NCBI RefSeq assembly: GCF_032062105.1
Contig: NW_026936019.1
Location: 620,001-684,000, forward strand
Source of the DNA: Saccostrea cucullata
Lineage: Eukaryota
DNA length: 64,000 nt
Direction of reading: 5' to 3'
Position 1 is the stretch's first letter. The number at the start of each line of letters is the position of its first letter. The translations under genes were made by a program, and so were the position numbers. This document shows, in pieces, positions 49,801-62,699 of this stretch. The notes under the pieces were generated by a model that did no database searches, had not been told where the DNA came from, and was given only the letters and a program-made list of their open reading frames with translations.

Positions 49801-51730
49801 TGGAAACAAATATGAAATACTACAGTATCTATTTAATTACAAAATTGGCCACGTTAGCTAGTAAATCTGGCACTGTTCAAAACTTTTTAATGGAAAATGA
49901 GTATATTATATTTTTTGGATTTCAAGAGGAAAATTTACATATTTTTTAAAATGTGCTTATTTCAGGGAACGTGAGGGTTTAATGAACGCTGTCTGGGATA
50001 GGGGGTCCATGGTGGCCATCAACAGAGAGGACAGATCACGGTAATCATATTTTATGAGTTAAACAAAAAAATGTTATTTAATATTTTCTGTCAAATAAAT
50101 AGTACTAAAATCAAAACCTATTTTATTAAGTTATTTTTTTTACTCTTAATAACTCTATGATATTAAAACAATCAGTTTGGAACTGCAAGAAAAGCACCGA
50201 TTGTACTTCCTTGTGATTTTTCAGAGCAATAAATGTTACTTTCTCTTTCTCCTCTCTAGAGATAGATAATGGTAGATAAAGTTTTCGGGTTAAGAGAATT
50301 TCTTGGCTAGCATATCTCCTTTCTCAGTGAAAAAATATCATTATCAACACATGATAACATCATATACGAGCGAAGTAACGTTTGCAATTATCAATATCTT
50401 CGTCAATTATGACATTTTGAATTTTGAAGTAGTTTTTAAGCGTAGGGAAAAGTCTTTAAAAATGAAAGATCGATCATAATTTTTAAACCATATTTCAAAA
50501 AACGAAAAGATATTTTGTTTCATGTATATGAAAGTATATCATTTAGGGCTTTGCCTTGGGAAATATTATCAGTAGAGGGGGGCTGGATTATTGCTTTCTT
50601 TCATCCATGTTAAACTTTTAACTGTTTTCTTATTGCAAAACAAGTAAAATTCACAGAAATACAAATATTTATAACAATGAATTAGATTTTAAAGCTCCAG
50701 GATTAGCTAAATTGACTAACACACATAAAAACAGTGATATATATTTTTAATTTTTTCTTAAAAAATTAATTTCAAATAAAAGTTCTTTTTAAATATTGAA
50801 AACGGCAAGAAAAGAATGCTTACTTGATTTTCCACTTCTCTTATTTCACTGATGTGTATGACAGGTACGCAGAAGTCCTCGTAAGTCTCCTGTCCCCCGA
50901 TTGTCGTTATTTGTTAGAAACACTGGAATATGACGAGACTAAATATCCAGGTAGGTCTAGTACTAAGTCTAGTCATTTTTCTTGTTGTCTATGTTCCTTT
51001 GATACTGTAGGAAAATTTGTATTCTATCGAGAAAAATTATTGTGTTGATGTCTGATACACTCTGGCTGTGTGATTTTTAATAATGACATAATTGCAGTTT
51101 ACCTCAGGATAAATTTTAGAAATACTTCAATGGTAAATTTTTATATCCAAAAATTATAACACCAGAAAACAATTCCTTTTTGAATTTCATTTATTTTAGG
51201 ACCGCCATTTTATGTATCGGATCAACAAATTTACGACCTGTTTGGTGAGTAATCTAACGATAAATTGAAATCATACAAATTAATTTCTTTCATTTTTTTG
51301 TGTCATTTTGAATAAAGTTAGAGGCTGGTGCGTTCGAATTAATTTTTATTAAGAAAACAATCTTTTTTCAGCAAGTAATGTTTTTCTATGTACTGTCCTC
51401 TGCCAAAAAAAAAAAATATTTTTCAATTAAAATTTGTAAATTATTTGTACATTTTAATTGAAAAAATCATATTTTTGTATAGGACAGTGCTATACTCATA
51501 TTCAATTTGTATTTTAAATGTTTTGGAGAAATGAAGTTAATTAGAAAGACAGTTGCTTATCTCATCTTAAAATTTCCAGTATATAAAGAATTGAAAAATA
51601 AAAGTCGTATATTAAAGGTGAAAAGATGAACATAACCAAGCTAGAAAGAGTGGACGCCTTTGAAGAAAGACACAAAGCATGGGGAATAGACAGTTTGCAC
51701 GAAAACTTGTTTTTGTTGACTTTGAAGTGA
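45438..51730 (+). CDS. TPMT: Thiopurine S-methyltransferase, copy 1 (229 aa)
   Basis: Exons 45438-45532, 48511-48603, 49464-49593, 49710-49762, 49966-50040, 50865-50950, 51200-51244, 51618-51730. Motifs W...[41 protein letters not shown]. Exon sizes 93/53/75/86/45/113 match human TPMT as I recall them. Confidence 0.93.
45773..47735 (+). mobile_element. Intact HINE (pearl/DINE-like non-autonomous Helentron) carrying a 168-bp satellite array
   Basis: T-run insertion site; 5' aggtcacctgag-tca-ctcaggtgacct; short cgt/tgt microsatellite; about 9-10 cores (period 168 at 46131, 46299, 46467, 46635) that decay 3'-ward; 3' ctcaggtgacct plus palindrome aggcccgtgggcct, then a T-run. The core resembles the oyster Cg170/HindIII satellite family. 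Confidence 0.92.
48678..49300 (-). mobile_element. 3' end of a CR1/L2-like LINE
   Basis: Minus strand [21 protein letters not shown] resembles an ORF2 C-terminus. It is followed by the stem-loop aggcc-ctt-ggcct and AATAAA. Confidence 0.5.
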
Positions 51731-52079
51731 AATGATTAACCACTCAGTGGACGCTTTACAAAAGAAAGACCAATTTGGTGCTAAAATTATACTCAGTGAA
51801 ACTATATGTTATCTCTGTAATTGGAAATTATGTAGAAAATGGTGTCTGCCTTTAGTTTCTACTTTTGAGTACAATATGGAAGCTTAAGATATTTTGTAAG
51901 CAGTTATTTATATTCTTTTTTTTTCCAGTTGCATAAATCACTGATTTTCTGATATCATATGTATAAAGACAACCACTTTTTTAATAAAAAGAAATCTTTT
52001 CTCTTTTCTTGTCAAATGTCATTTAAAAATTATTTGTTAAAAGACATTTTGATTGTACACACAGCTAATCCATAAGTGA

Positions 52080-52812
52080 TAGTTTCTGATTGACAATATC
52101 TGTTTAGATCAAATCTTCAAACAATTATACGCACAAATATTATAAAAATGTTATAGAAAGGATGCTTGAGTTTCTTATTGACAATATATGTAGTCTTTGG
52201 AGATCAAAACTTCCAACAATCTGTCAGAATTTCAATTAGCAGACGTAGTATTCACATGAAGCAGAAATTATTCAAAAACCTCTACATGAAAAGAAGAATC
52301 TCTCGGTATGGCCTTTAATTCAACATCAGACAAATCGATTACTTCGATTCCTTCAATTATGCAATAATATTCTCTTATCATCTACATATGGGTTTTTTTT
52401 ATCTCTCAGTTGATTCCAATACGCAAGGGCATTCCCACATATGAGCAAATTCTAAAATGAGGTTATGGTATTTACAAACAAGTTGATAAAGTAATGATAT
52501 CAATTAACAGTCTTGTTTTAAGTCATTTCGTAAGTCTAAATGGTCGAAACAGTCACGTCAGAAAATACTATCTTTCATTAAGTCAAATAATGATTGATAT
52601 TTTCATATAAGTTTGTTCCAAAAATGAAAAACGTTTGCTGATCACAATTAATACACGATGGGTGTGAGCGGTCGGAAGGGGAGGAATGTACACTCCTTCA
52701 TGGCACCTTATCCCATCTTTGATTTAAGCGGTTCATGTTTGCTCTGTACCTGATTTGTAATGTATGAATGGACTTTTCAGATTGAATACTATTCATTGTC
52801 TCCATATATTTC
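52080..52812 (+). mobile_element. Decayed Penelope-like fragment
   Basis: MLEFLIDNI remnant, ctcagttgatt, and 3' terminus ctccatatatttc. Confidence 0.75.
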
Positions 52813-52896
52813 ATTGCTTTTGAAAGGACGGTTGTGAATCTGATAATTTCGAGGCTATTAAGCTATAAATAAAGAAAGAGATGTTGTATTTTAAAG

Positions 52897-53009
52897 GTGA
52901 AGTGATGAATATATCCAAGTTAGAAAGAATGGACTTTTTGCCAGAATGACACGGAACTTTGAAAAAAGATATTTTACACGAAAACCTGTTCTCGTTGACT
53001 TTGATGTGA
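52897..53009 (+). pseudogene. Duplicated TPMT terminal exon with an in-frame TGA
   Basis: Acceptor ttaaag, 113 nt as in exon 8. GEVMNISKLERMDFLPE*HGTLKKDILHENLFSLTLM* aligns without gaps to [37 protein letters not shown]. Confidence 0.85.
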
Positions 53010-53065
53010 AATATAAAACTATGACATTAGAACCTTTACAAGGGAATGACAGTTTGATGCGTTTC

Positions 53066-53199
53066 GAAGGCTCAAGTGAGCTTTTCTGATCACATTTTGT
53101 CCGGCGTCCGTCTAGCTGTCTGTCTGACCGTCTGTCTGTAAACTTTTCACATTTGCAACTTCTTCTCAAGAACCACTGGGCCACTTCAACTTTACTTGC

Positions 53200-53247
<48 letters not shown>

Positions 53248-54452
53248 TTCAGACCATCTTTCACGGGGAGATAATTGGGAATTAGTGAAAAAGGAATGGC
53301 ATTTTTTAAAAAATCTTCTTCTCAAGAATCACTAGGCCAGGAAAGATAAAACGTATATGGAAGCATCCTCAGGTACATGTAGTATAGATTCAAGTTTGTT
53401 AAAATCATGACCCCCGGGGTAGGGTGGGTCACAATGGACGATCAAAGTTTTACATAGGAATACAGTTTATATAGGGAAAATCTTTAAAAATCTTCTTCGC
53501 AAGAACCACTGCGGCAGGAAAGATGACACTCATGTAGAAGCATCCGTAGGTAATGTATATTCAAGTTTGTTCAAACATGACCCCTTGGGGTGGGGTGGGG
53601 CCACAATGGAGGCCCAAAGTTTCACATTAAAATAAATAGGAAAATATTGTTAAAATCATCTTCTCAAGAACAGCAAAGCCATGATTGATCATATGTACAT
53701 GTATATAGAAGCATTCTCAGTTTGTGTAGATTCAATTTGTCTACTTCATGACCCACAGGGGTAGGGTGGGGCCACAATGAGGGATCAAAGTTTTACATTG
53801 ACATATAAATGAAAATAGCGTTGAAATCTTCTCAAGAGCATTAAAACCATAAGTGTTCATATTTATATGGAAGCATCCTCATTTATGTAGATTCAAATTT
53901 GTTTGATTTTGACCCCTGGTGTAGGATGAGGCCACAATGGGTGATCAAAGTTTATCATTGGAATACATGGGAAAATTTTTTTTTAATACTTCTTTCTAAG
54001 AACTGCAAAGCTTATGATTGATCATATCAGAATGGAAGCATCCTTATGTATTGATTCAAGTTCATTCAGTTTATGACCCGAGGTGTTGGGTGGGCTACAA
54101 TGGTGATCAATGATTTATCTTTTTTCTCAAGAACATAAAAACCATGATTAGTCATATTGATATGAGGCATCCTCAGGTAGTAAAATATGAAATTGTTCAA
54201 ATGAGTCCCCCGGTGGTAGTGCTGGGCTACAATAGGGGTCAAATTTGTGCAAATAAATACCCTGTTATAGAAAAAATTTACTGCTCTAGAACAGCAAAGC
54301 CATTTGTTATATTGATATGGAAGTATAATCAGGTAATTTAAATTTCATCCCCTCCTCTCCCCCAATTCATGTAAACTCTTCAATACTGAACTGATTTTGC
54401 TCTATTTCTAGCCAATGTGCTCAGGAGAGCGATGTGACCCATTGGCCTCTTG
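53066..54452 (+). mobile_element. HINE/pearl-like element with about 7 diverged ~170-bp cores
   Basis: 5' gctcaagtgagcttttctgatcac, (gtct/gtcc)n microsatellite, repeated ggaagcatcct...gattcaagtttg...gccacaatgg, and 3' ctcaggagagcgatgtgacccattggcctcttgt. Confidence 0.88.
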
Positions 54453-55842
54453 TGCTAAAATTACTTTCAGTGAAGTAACATGTTGTCCCAGTAATCAGAA
54501 ATTATGTAAACAAATTGTGTCTGTTATTAATACATTGTGTATCCACATTTGGGTACCATCTGAATGGTTCGTTAATTTTTGTAAGCATTTTTTTTGAATT
54601 TTTTTTTTAAAATCGTTTAAGTCATTGATTTTTAACTTCAGAGACAATCACTATTTCAATATAAAAAGAACTCATAATTTGCTACCCTTGTCATTGGTCA
54701 TTTGGAAACTTATTCTGCTATTTTTTAAATAGTATATTGGTTCTTTTTATAGATCAACTCTTCAAACAATTATACACACAAGTATTCCAAAGTTGTTATT
54801 GAAATATGCTAGACTTTCTGAATGACAATATGCACATATATTATAGTCTTTAGAATCAAGTCTTTCAAAAATTGGTCAGAATTGCAATGTTTACCAATTG
54901 GCAGACATATTTTTATATTCATTTATTCAAAAACAACATGAAAGAAAAATTAAAAAATTAAATTGAACAGTTTTTTTTAAAGTCTTATAATTATGTAAAG
55001 TTACAAAACAAAGAGAAATATCTCTTAACTGATCAAAAAGAAGCCATACATGCCTTTAATGATCCATCGTGTTTTTTTTAAAATTATTATATCGTAGGAA
55101 TCAGGTAAATATGTGATAGTTGTAGGAATTTTATGGAACTAAATTCAAATAATGACTATATATATGCGTCAATTCATGTACAGGGATTCCTTGTTGAAGG
55201 GACGGTGAAACTTGACCATGCATGTTTTTTAATTTTTTGTTCCTGATTGGTTTCCATAAAAATATTGTCAGTCGAGTATCTGGTCATAAAGTAATAAATT
55301 ACAAAAAGGAACAGCAAACATAAAGTTATCTAGTATCTGGACGTCAGAGGTCAACTTTATTTCATTGGTAAGTCTTGCGTTAACTTACAAATAAATGCGC
55401 ATTTTTAGTTGTTTAATTATTTACTTTTATGTAAACAGTGATTGTTTTGTCCTAAATTGTGACTTATAAATATTAAAGTCGCTTTGTTGAAACGTTGATT
55501 GCAACTAGAAGTTGATATTTGGTTTAGAATTGAACATTATTTTATCTGAATAGCCTGAAAAATATTATGAAAGGGACCATGATGTACCCAACATAAGAAT
55601 GGAAGGAAACCCATTCGGCTTTCCTTGTTATGGAGGATTAAATGTATCATAAATAAACTGAACTACATGTATATGTACATGCTCCACTCTTGTAAAAATG
55701 CCGTCGTTGTTATGCGTCATTGATTTTTTTAAAATTTATCCAAATAATGTATATATATTACAATATGCTAATTACCTGTATGTTTACTTTTCACTAATAA
55801 ATCATTTTTGTAATTTGTATTTTCTTGCAAGCAATCAAAGAC

Positions 55843-58800
55843 ATGGCAGAGCAGGCTTACGATTGGTTAAAGGCATGGGATGAAAATGATATTGGTTTTC
55901 ACAGAGAAAACATCGATGCGTACGTTGCTTTTATTTAGAGTTAGCATTCCATATTTTGTCATTAACTGTTTATAGATCACCTGAGAACAAAAACAGCAAA
56001 GGTATGATTGTTTTTTTTTTCTATATGGAAGCATTCTCAGATTGTGTAAATTGAGATTTAAATCATGAACCCTGGGATTTAGCCTCAATGGGCGATCAAC
56101 TTTTTGAAAACTTAAGGTATAAATATTTTTTTTCTTCAAAATCTTCCTTTTAAGAACGACAAAGACACGTTTGTTCATATTTATAATATATGTATTATAA
56201 AGTGTCTTAAAAGTTTGAAAATTTCATTTTAATTAGTTCATAATTTTTAGCTCTACTGGTCAGAGACCAGAAGAGCTTATGCGATAGTAAGTAAACAATT
56301 TTTCAAAATGCTACTCCTCCTACAGTTTTAGTCTGATTTCAGTATAACTTGGCACACAAGTAGACTACACTAAGATACATAATTCTGTGTATCGGTTTTT
56401 GATTTCGATGAACGGTGTTGCCGTGGTTACTAAAAATAGAAATTTCTGTGAAATTCTTTCAAAATGCTACTCCTCCTACAGTTTTGGTCTGATTTCATTA
56501 TAACTTGGCACACAAGTAGACTACACTAAGATACATAATTCTGTGTATCGGTTTTTGATTTCGATGAACGGTGTTGCCGTGGTTACTAAAAATAGAAATT
56601 TCTGTGAAATTCTTTCAAAATGCTACTCCTCCTACAGTTTTGGTCTGATTTCATTATAACTTTAGAATACACTAAGATACATAATTCTGTGTATCGGTTT
56701 TTGATTTCAATGAACGGTGTTTTGGTTACTAAAAATAGAAATTTCTGTGAAATTCTTTCAAAATGCTACTCCTCCTATGGTCTGATTTCAGTATAATTTG
56801 GCACACAAGTAGAATACACTAAGATACATAAATCTGTATATCGGTTTTTGATTTAGATAAACGGTGTTGCCGTGGTTACTAAAAATAGAAATATCTGTAA
56901 AATTGTTTCAAAATGCTACTCCTCCTACAGTTTTGGTCTGATTTCAATATAACTTGGCTTACAAGTAGAATACACTAAGATACATAATTCTTTATATCAA
57001 ATTTTAATTTTGATGAACTGTGTTGCTGTGGTTACTAAAAATTGAAATGTCTAAAAAAATTTTCAAAATGCTACTCCTCCTACAGTTTTGGTCTGATTTC
57101 AAAAAGTTTAAGAACATAAAAATTTCATTATTTATATATTAGTTCATAACTCTTCTCTTTTTTTTTTCTGTTTTACAGATTCCTCTCCAAATATATTGAC
57201 CGACTGATAAATGGAAGGAAGAATATCAAAATCTTTATTCCTCTTTGTGGCAAAACTGTAGACATTAAATGGTAAAATGTGAAGTAAAAGCATATCAATT
57301 TAAATTGTAATAGATAACATTAATATTGTATGTTGTTGGTAAAAATTTCGCCATTACGGCATTAGAAAATCACTGTTAACTGAGACCAACCGATAGTTTC
57401 AAAGAAATACATAGATTCATGAAACGAACAGTATACAAACTCAAAAGTCCGTTAAAACAATAAAATTACGGATCAGAGAAAACTCGGACCTTTAAAATGA
57501 TCAGATATGGGATCAGTTGCCATGAAGGAGTATGCATCCCCTGCCGACCGGTCACACCTGTCATTTGTTCCTTGTCATAATCAGGCAAACGGAAAAAAAT
57601 CTTCAGACGGCTAGTTCACTATGAAAATAATGCTATAACAAATGGTATAAAAACGTAAGTCGATATATATTCGACTCATCAACTTATGCATGATAAAATA
57701 AAGTCCAGACTTTTTGACATAATTAACAGCTGCTTTAAAAATGACTTTGTATTACCTTGTCATTGATCCATTTCAAAATATTTTATTAAAAACGTTCAGA
57801 ATGTACACACAAGTATACTGTACTTTGGAGTTGATATACTAGACCGATGCTCAAGTTTCTGATTAACAATATCTATGTGGTTTTGGGAGACCAGGTCTTC
57901 CTACAAACCATTAGAATTCCTAAAACAAGGTAAGTTACAAACAAATTTTGAAACCAAGCTCGTTCAAAGCTATAATTTCCTAAGTTGTATATGGTAGAAA
58001 TAATGACCTTTTCAGTAAATACCCTGTTATAAGCAGACCAATTTTTTTTTTATTTACATGAAGCAAAATTCTTTAAAATCTAACAAGGGAAAAGAAAAGA
58101 AAAAACACTTGTTGTGGCATTCAACTCGATATATAGATATATCGATGACGTAATGTTAACTGAAAATGTTTTATTTCCATTCTTCTCTCTATACGATATA
58201 TCCTGGTGAGCTTGGGAGAAAAAATTCCGCTTAGTCCGACACATCAATTTCATATTTTTATAATCACCAACTTCCCTTACTTATGCAGCTATATATCTTC
58301 ATCTCCTGCAAGCGGGGTTTATCTCTCTCATTTGATTAGATACGCGAGAGCATGCCTCTACGAATGTATGATTCCTAAAACAAGGTAAGTTATTGGCAAA
58401 CAAATTGATGAAACGAAGATATCAACAGTCTCGTTCAAAGCTATAATTTCCTAAGTTGTATATGGTCGAAATAATGACCTTTTCAGTAAATACAATATAT
58501 CAAGAAGTCAAATGCTGTCTGAAGTTTTTCATACTAATTGTTAGGCCATTATTTACACAATGTAGAGGGATTATTTTTTCGTGATTTGCCGATCATGACA
58601 AGGAGCACACGGCGGATGTGACTGGTCGGCAAGGCATCCTCACTCCTTCATGATATCTTCTCCCACCCTTAATGTTTTAGAGTTCTTGTTTTTTTTTATA
58701 TGAATGTTTGTTAGCGAATGAAATCGACTTATTAACATAAATGTGTTATAAAAATTATATGAGGACATTCAAAACTTGTCTTCAATAAAAATATCTTGAA

Positions 58801-60250
58801 TATTGAGTTGTAAGCAATTTTCTATTTTATTGACCAGGCTGTGGGAGATGGGTCACACTGTCATAGGTGTAGATCTAGCCAAAAAGGCATTGGAAGAGTT
58901 CTTTAAGGAGCAGAACATCAGCTACACTGTATCAAACCTAGCAGAAGGCAAGGGAGAAGTGTTCACGGTCAGTTTAACTTTATATATAACATAATTTACA
59001 AAATGTATAAAATGCATAAAAGGTAGAATTTAAAAAATAAATCAAAATTACAGATATATACTTTTTCATGGAGACTTTTTTGTTGCAATGACGAGAAAAT
59101 AACCGTCAATGAAGAGCAATTATTATATGCTTCTTTTTCAGAGTGAGGACAAGCGAATAAAGTTATATTGCTGTGACCTTTTTAAGTTCAATAGGTAAAT
59201 ATATTTTTATTGCCATTATCGATATCAAATTTATTTCTCAGCATATGAAGCACAGTCAGTATATTTCTTAATTTAAGAAATCAGAGACGAAAAACGTCCA
59301 ATTTTAAAATATACAGATAACAACTCGAAATGTACATGCATGTAAAAGTAGGTGCTATTTGGAAAAGGAAGCTAAAGATGCATTAACAACACTTCCTTTG
59401 TTTTTAGTTCATGCGAGGGGCTGATGGATGCAATATGGGACAGGGGTTCTCTGGTTGCAATCGAAAAAGAGGATAGACGGAGGTATGTTGTATTTAATTC
59501 AAAGAAATATACCCGTCATCTGCTGCTGTGTTCAATTCATAATAAAGCAAAAGAATGCCATTATCATTTGTTCATTATTATTGTACAAATAAGTTTTATT
59601 CCAATATGCATCTATGGGCAAATATGGATCTTAATGAGAGGTAAAACCAAAGGTTTCATGTAATTTGAATTCTGTGAAAAATGAACTAGCCTTTCCCATG
59701 TTTGTACAGGTATGCAGAGCTCATGAAGAGTCTGATGGCAGAGGGATGTCAGTATCTGGCGGAAACTCTGGAATATGATGAAACCAAATTTGGAGGTAAA
59801 TTCTCATAAAATATGATAAGGACAATTATTTTCTTATTATGCGAACAGATATAAAGAATGCTTGAAACGCCATTATACAATGATATCTATAGAATGTAAT
59901 TAAAATAGACTGAGCAGTTTTGAGAACTCGCAACAATTTGCTCAGACTTGTGTAATGTTGCGCAATTTAGGTCTAAGGTAATATTTTTTCATATGTTTCA
60001 GGACCTCCTCGTATTGTATCGGAGCAAACTATCACAGATCTGTTCGGTAATTATAAAATGTATAACAATAAATTATTATAGTGTGTTCTTTTTGAGGTTA
60101 TATTGTTTCAGTATGATTAATTTTTATTTTATAGGTGACAAACTAGAAATTACTCATTTAGAGAGGAAGGATATATTTACGCCAGCATTTAAAGAGGCTT
60201 GGGGTATTGACAGTTTATTTGAACATCTTTATTTATTTTGTCTTAAGTAA
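55843..60250 (+). CDS. TPMT: Thiopurine S-methyltransferase-like, copy 2 (224 aa)
   Basis: Exons 55843-55919, 57179-57271, 58838-58967, 59142-59194, 59408-59482, 59710-59795, 60002-60046, 60135-60250; same intron phases as copy 1. Motifs IGFH, PLCGKTVD, GVD, WDRG, GPP. Probable 5' UTR exon donor at 55368. Confidence 0.92.
56243..57102 (+). mobile_element. 3'-truncated HINE-like element with about 5 copies of a 156-bp core
   Basis: 5' ttttagctctactggtc-aga-gaccagaagagct hairpin. caaaatgctactcctcctacag recurs near 56304, 56460, 56616, 56760, 56909 and 57065. Confidence 0.85.
57410..58700. mobile_element. Inverted pair of Penelope-like fragments (- 57410-57660, + 57680-58700)
   Basis: Reverse-strand 3' module joined to a plus-strand copy with RYIDD (58136), NFPYLC and its own 3' module. 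Confidence 0.82.
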
Positions 60251-60384
60251 TAAATATTTTTTCAAAAATAATTGTTACATTTTATTAAGAGGAGTTTTAT
60301 GTCCACAAGGGAATCCACAACTGTCTCTACTTCTGTCCGTGAAGATTAGTTTTGTAGAAAATACCCTTTAAGTTTCAAATTTTG

Positions 60385-61300
60385 ACAGTTTACCTGAAAA
60401 AGAGACGATCAAGGTAATATTACAACCAAACTTCATTATGAACGTGATGACCTTAACATTTTAATTTTCACATTCCTTACTCATGGAACAATATAACTTC
60501 ATCACCTGCACATATCAGGATTTATATCTCTCAGTTGATTCAATACGCAATAGCATACTCTACGTAAGATAATTTCTAAAACGAGGTAACTTATTGACAA
60601 ACAAGTTCATGAAACAAGAATATCGGTAGTCTCATTTAATTTAATCATTTCATAAGTTCTATGGTCAATACAGTGACCTTATCAACAAATACGATTTATC
60701 TTTTAGTCAAATACTGACTGGCGTTTAACATATTAATTGTAAGGCCTTATTTAAACAATAAATTGTTGACAAGATTTTCCCGTTATTTCCAAATCATTAC
60801 AAGGTACACGCGGCGGATGAAACCGGTCGATAATGGATGCTTTCCACGGTATATGATCTCATCTATGGTGTTTTGGAGGTCTGGGTTTGCTCTGTACCTA
60901 ATTTTTATTGTTTTATGAACTTATGAGCTTGGGTACTGTTCGTTGTCTCCATACATTTTACTCAAGAGGCAAGCTACTGATAGATAGGTTGATGTTACAA
61001 GAATTTCAATATCCTTGCTTGATGGTCGTTAGAATGACATTGTTAGCCAATATTATAACCTGTTATTGGGTCATATTTTGGCAGACTTGTGACCGATTGA
61101 CAGTGCCTACAGCTCGTAGGCACCTGTCCTGTGGGCCATAAAACTTAGATGAGCTCACTTTTGATCTCAGTCTCACTTTTTACACTGTTTATTCCTGTGG
61201 AAAAAGTGAGGATGAGATCAAAAGTGAGTTCGTCTAAGTTTTGTGTCCCGCAGGTCAAATCCCATATCTAAAATTTCCGGAGGTCCGTATATATGCCCTA
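60385..61300 (+). mobile_element. Penelope-like 3' fragments in tandem; the second is split by a MITE
   Basis: Thumb remnants and terminus gttcgttgtctccatac at about 60955. In the second tail, aggcacctg...atccca is interrupted at 61127-61256. Confidence 0.75.
61127..61256. mobile_element. Palindromic MITE, sibling of 36232-36365
   Basis: cataaaacttagatgagctcacttttgatctcagtctcac ... gagatcaaaagtgagttcgtctaagtttt. Confidence 0.85.
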
Positions 61301-61979
61301 TATATATAAACATTTGATAAATTATTTCAACAGATATATATAAGTATTAGGTATACAGGTTTACATTTCCTTGTTGGTTGTATTATTCATTCCAACTCTT
61401 CCTGCCTGAAAAGCTGTTAAATTACAATTATTGAGGAATTGATCAAAGATTAATGTTCAATGCAGTTTTCATCGACCTCATATAAGTATGAAAACAAAAT
61501 ATACTACAACGCACTTACTTCAATGATAATACTGTAATGCTTTATTTCATAAATTTTGTTTTAATTTTTAAAATGTAGAGACAATTAATCTATGAAACTA
61601 ATTTTGTAAAAATAATGTCATATTGTAAATTGGAATTTACTTTCATACGAAATTAAAAAAAAAAATTACAACATTGTTTCAATAAAAAAAATTAAATATG
61701 TATTTTTGAAATTCAATTTAAAATAAATTTTAATTGATAATTTTTTTTACTTTAACAGTTTAAATGAACAGTTCTAAAGCAGTAAATTCTTTTGACAGAT
61801 TTTAAAAAGTTTGTCGTTCAACATACTAGTAATGACAATAAAAAATTTGTACACAGAGGAAATTGTAATAAACGTTGCATTTAATCAAAAGATGCACTTT
61901 AAACTCTGACTCTACACACAAGTAGTCTGAGGTTGATATTGAACTATGGCTGAATTTGGTAAACCCCGTTTAAGCAGGA

Positions 61980-62205
61980 TTTTTATGCCCCGTTAATTGA
62001 AGATTCGGGGGTATATAGTTTTTCTCTTGTCCGTCCATCTGTCTATCTGTATGTTTGTTTTTCTGTATATCATATCCGCAAGAACATTAACCTTGTCCAT
62101 AACTTTTGACAAGTCAGAGACATGGCTTTCATATTTTACATGTGCATTCCTTGTCACAAGGCCTTCTTTTGCAAACCGACATATCTGAGCATGACCTTGG
62201 GGTTT
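61980..62205 (+). mobile_element. DINE-1/HINE-like 5' fragment
   Basis: tttttatgcccc...gggggtata inverted repeat, followed by a gtcc/gtct microsatellite. Confidence 0.6.
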
Positions 62206-62699
62206 GTATCATGATGAGGCACAATTTTTCGATCAGTCACCCCACCGCGTGTCCTTGCCATGATCGGGCACAGGGGAAAATCTGTACACATTTCAATGTA
62301 AAAATGATGGCCAAACAACTTTTCAAAAAAACATACGCAACAATGTCGTAGTATCAATCAAAGAATATGAGAAAATTTTTAAAATATCCTGTATATCCTT
62401 GTATCATCAAAATATTTCTCCATAGCTGGTCTTGTTTAAGAAATTGGTTGTACATAGAATATACTCTTGTTTTGTTTTTTTTAACTGAAAAACAAACATG
62501 TAAACCCAATATGCATTTGATAATGGAAAAAAAATAACGATTGAAACGTTTAAGGTCTTAACGTTTATAAAATTTTTGCAGTTAGTATACCATTCATGTC
62601 ATTCTCTGGTACTCTGTGGTGACTCGAGTTCACACGGATACTATCAATTTAAGTTCAGTTTTTGCATGACGATCTTTTTCGACAGATGCATCCAGCGTA

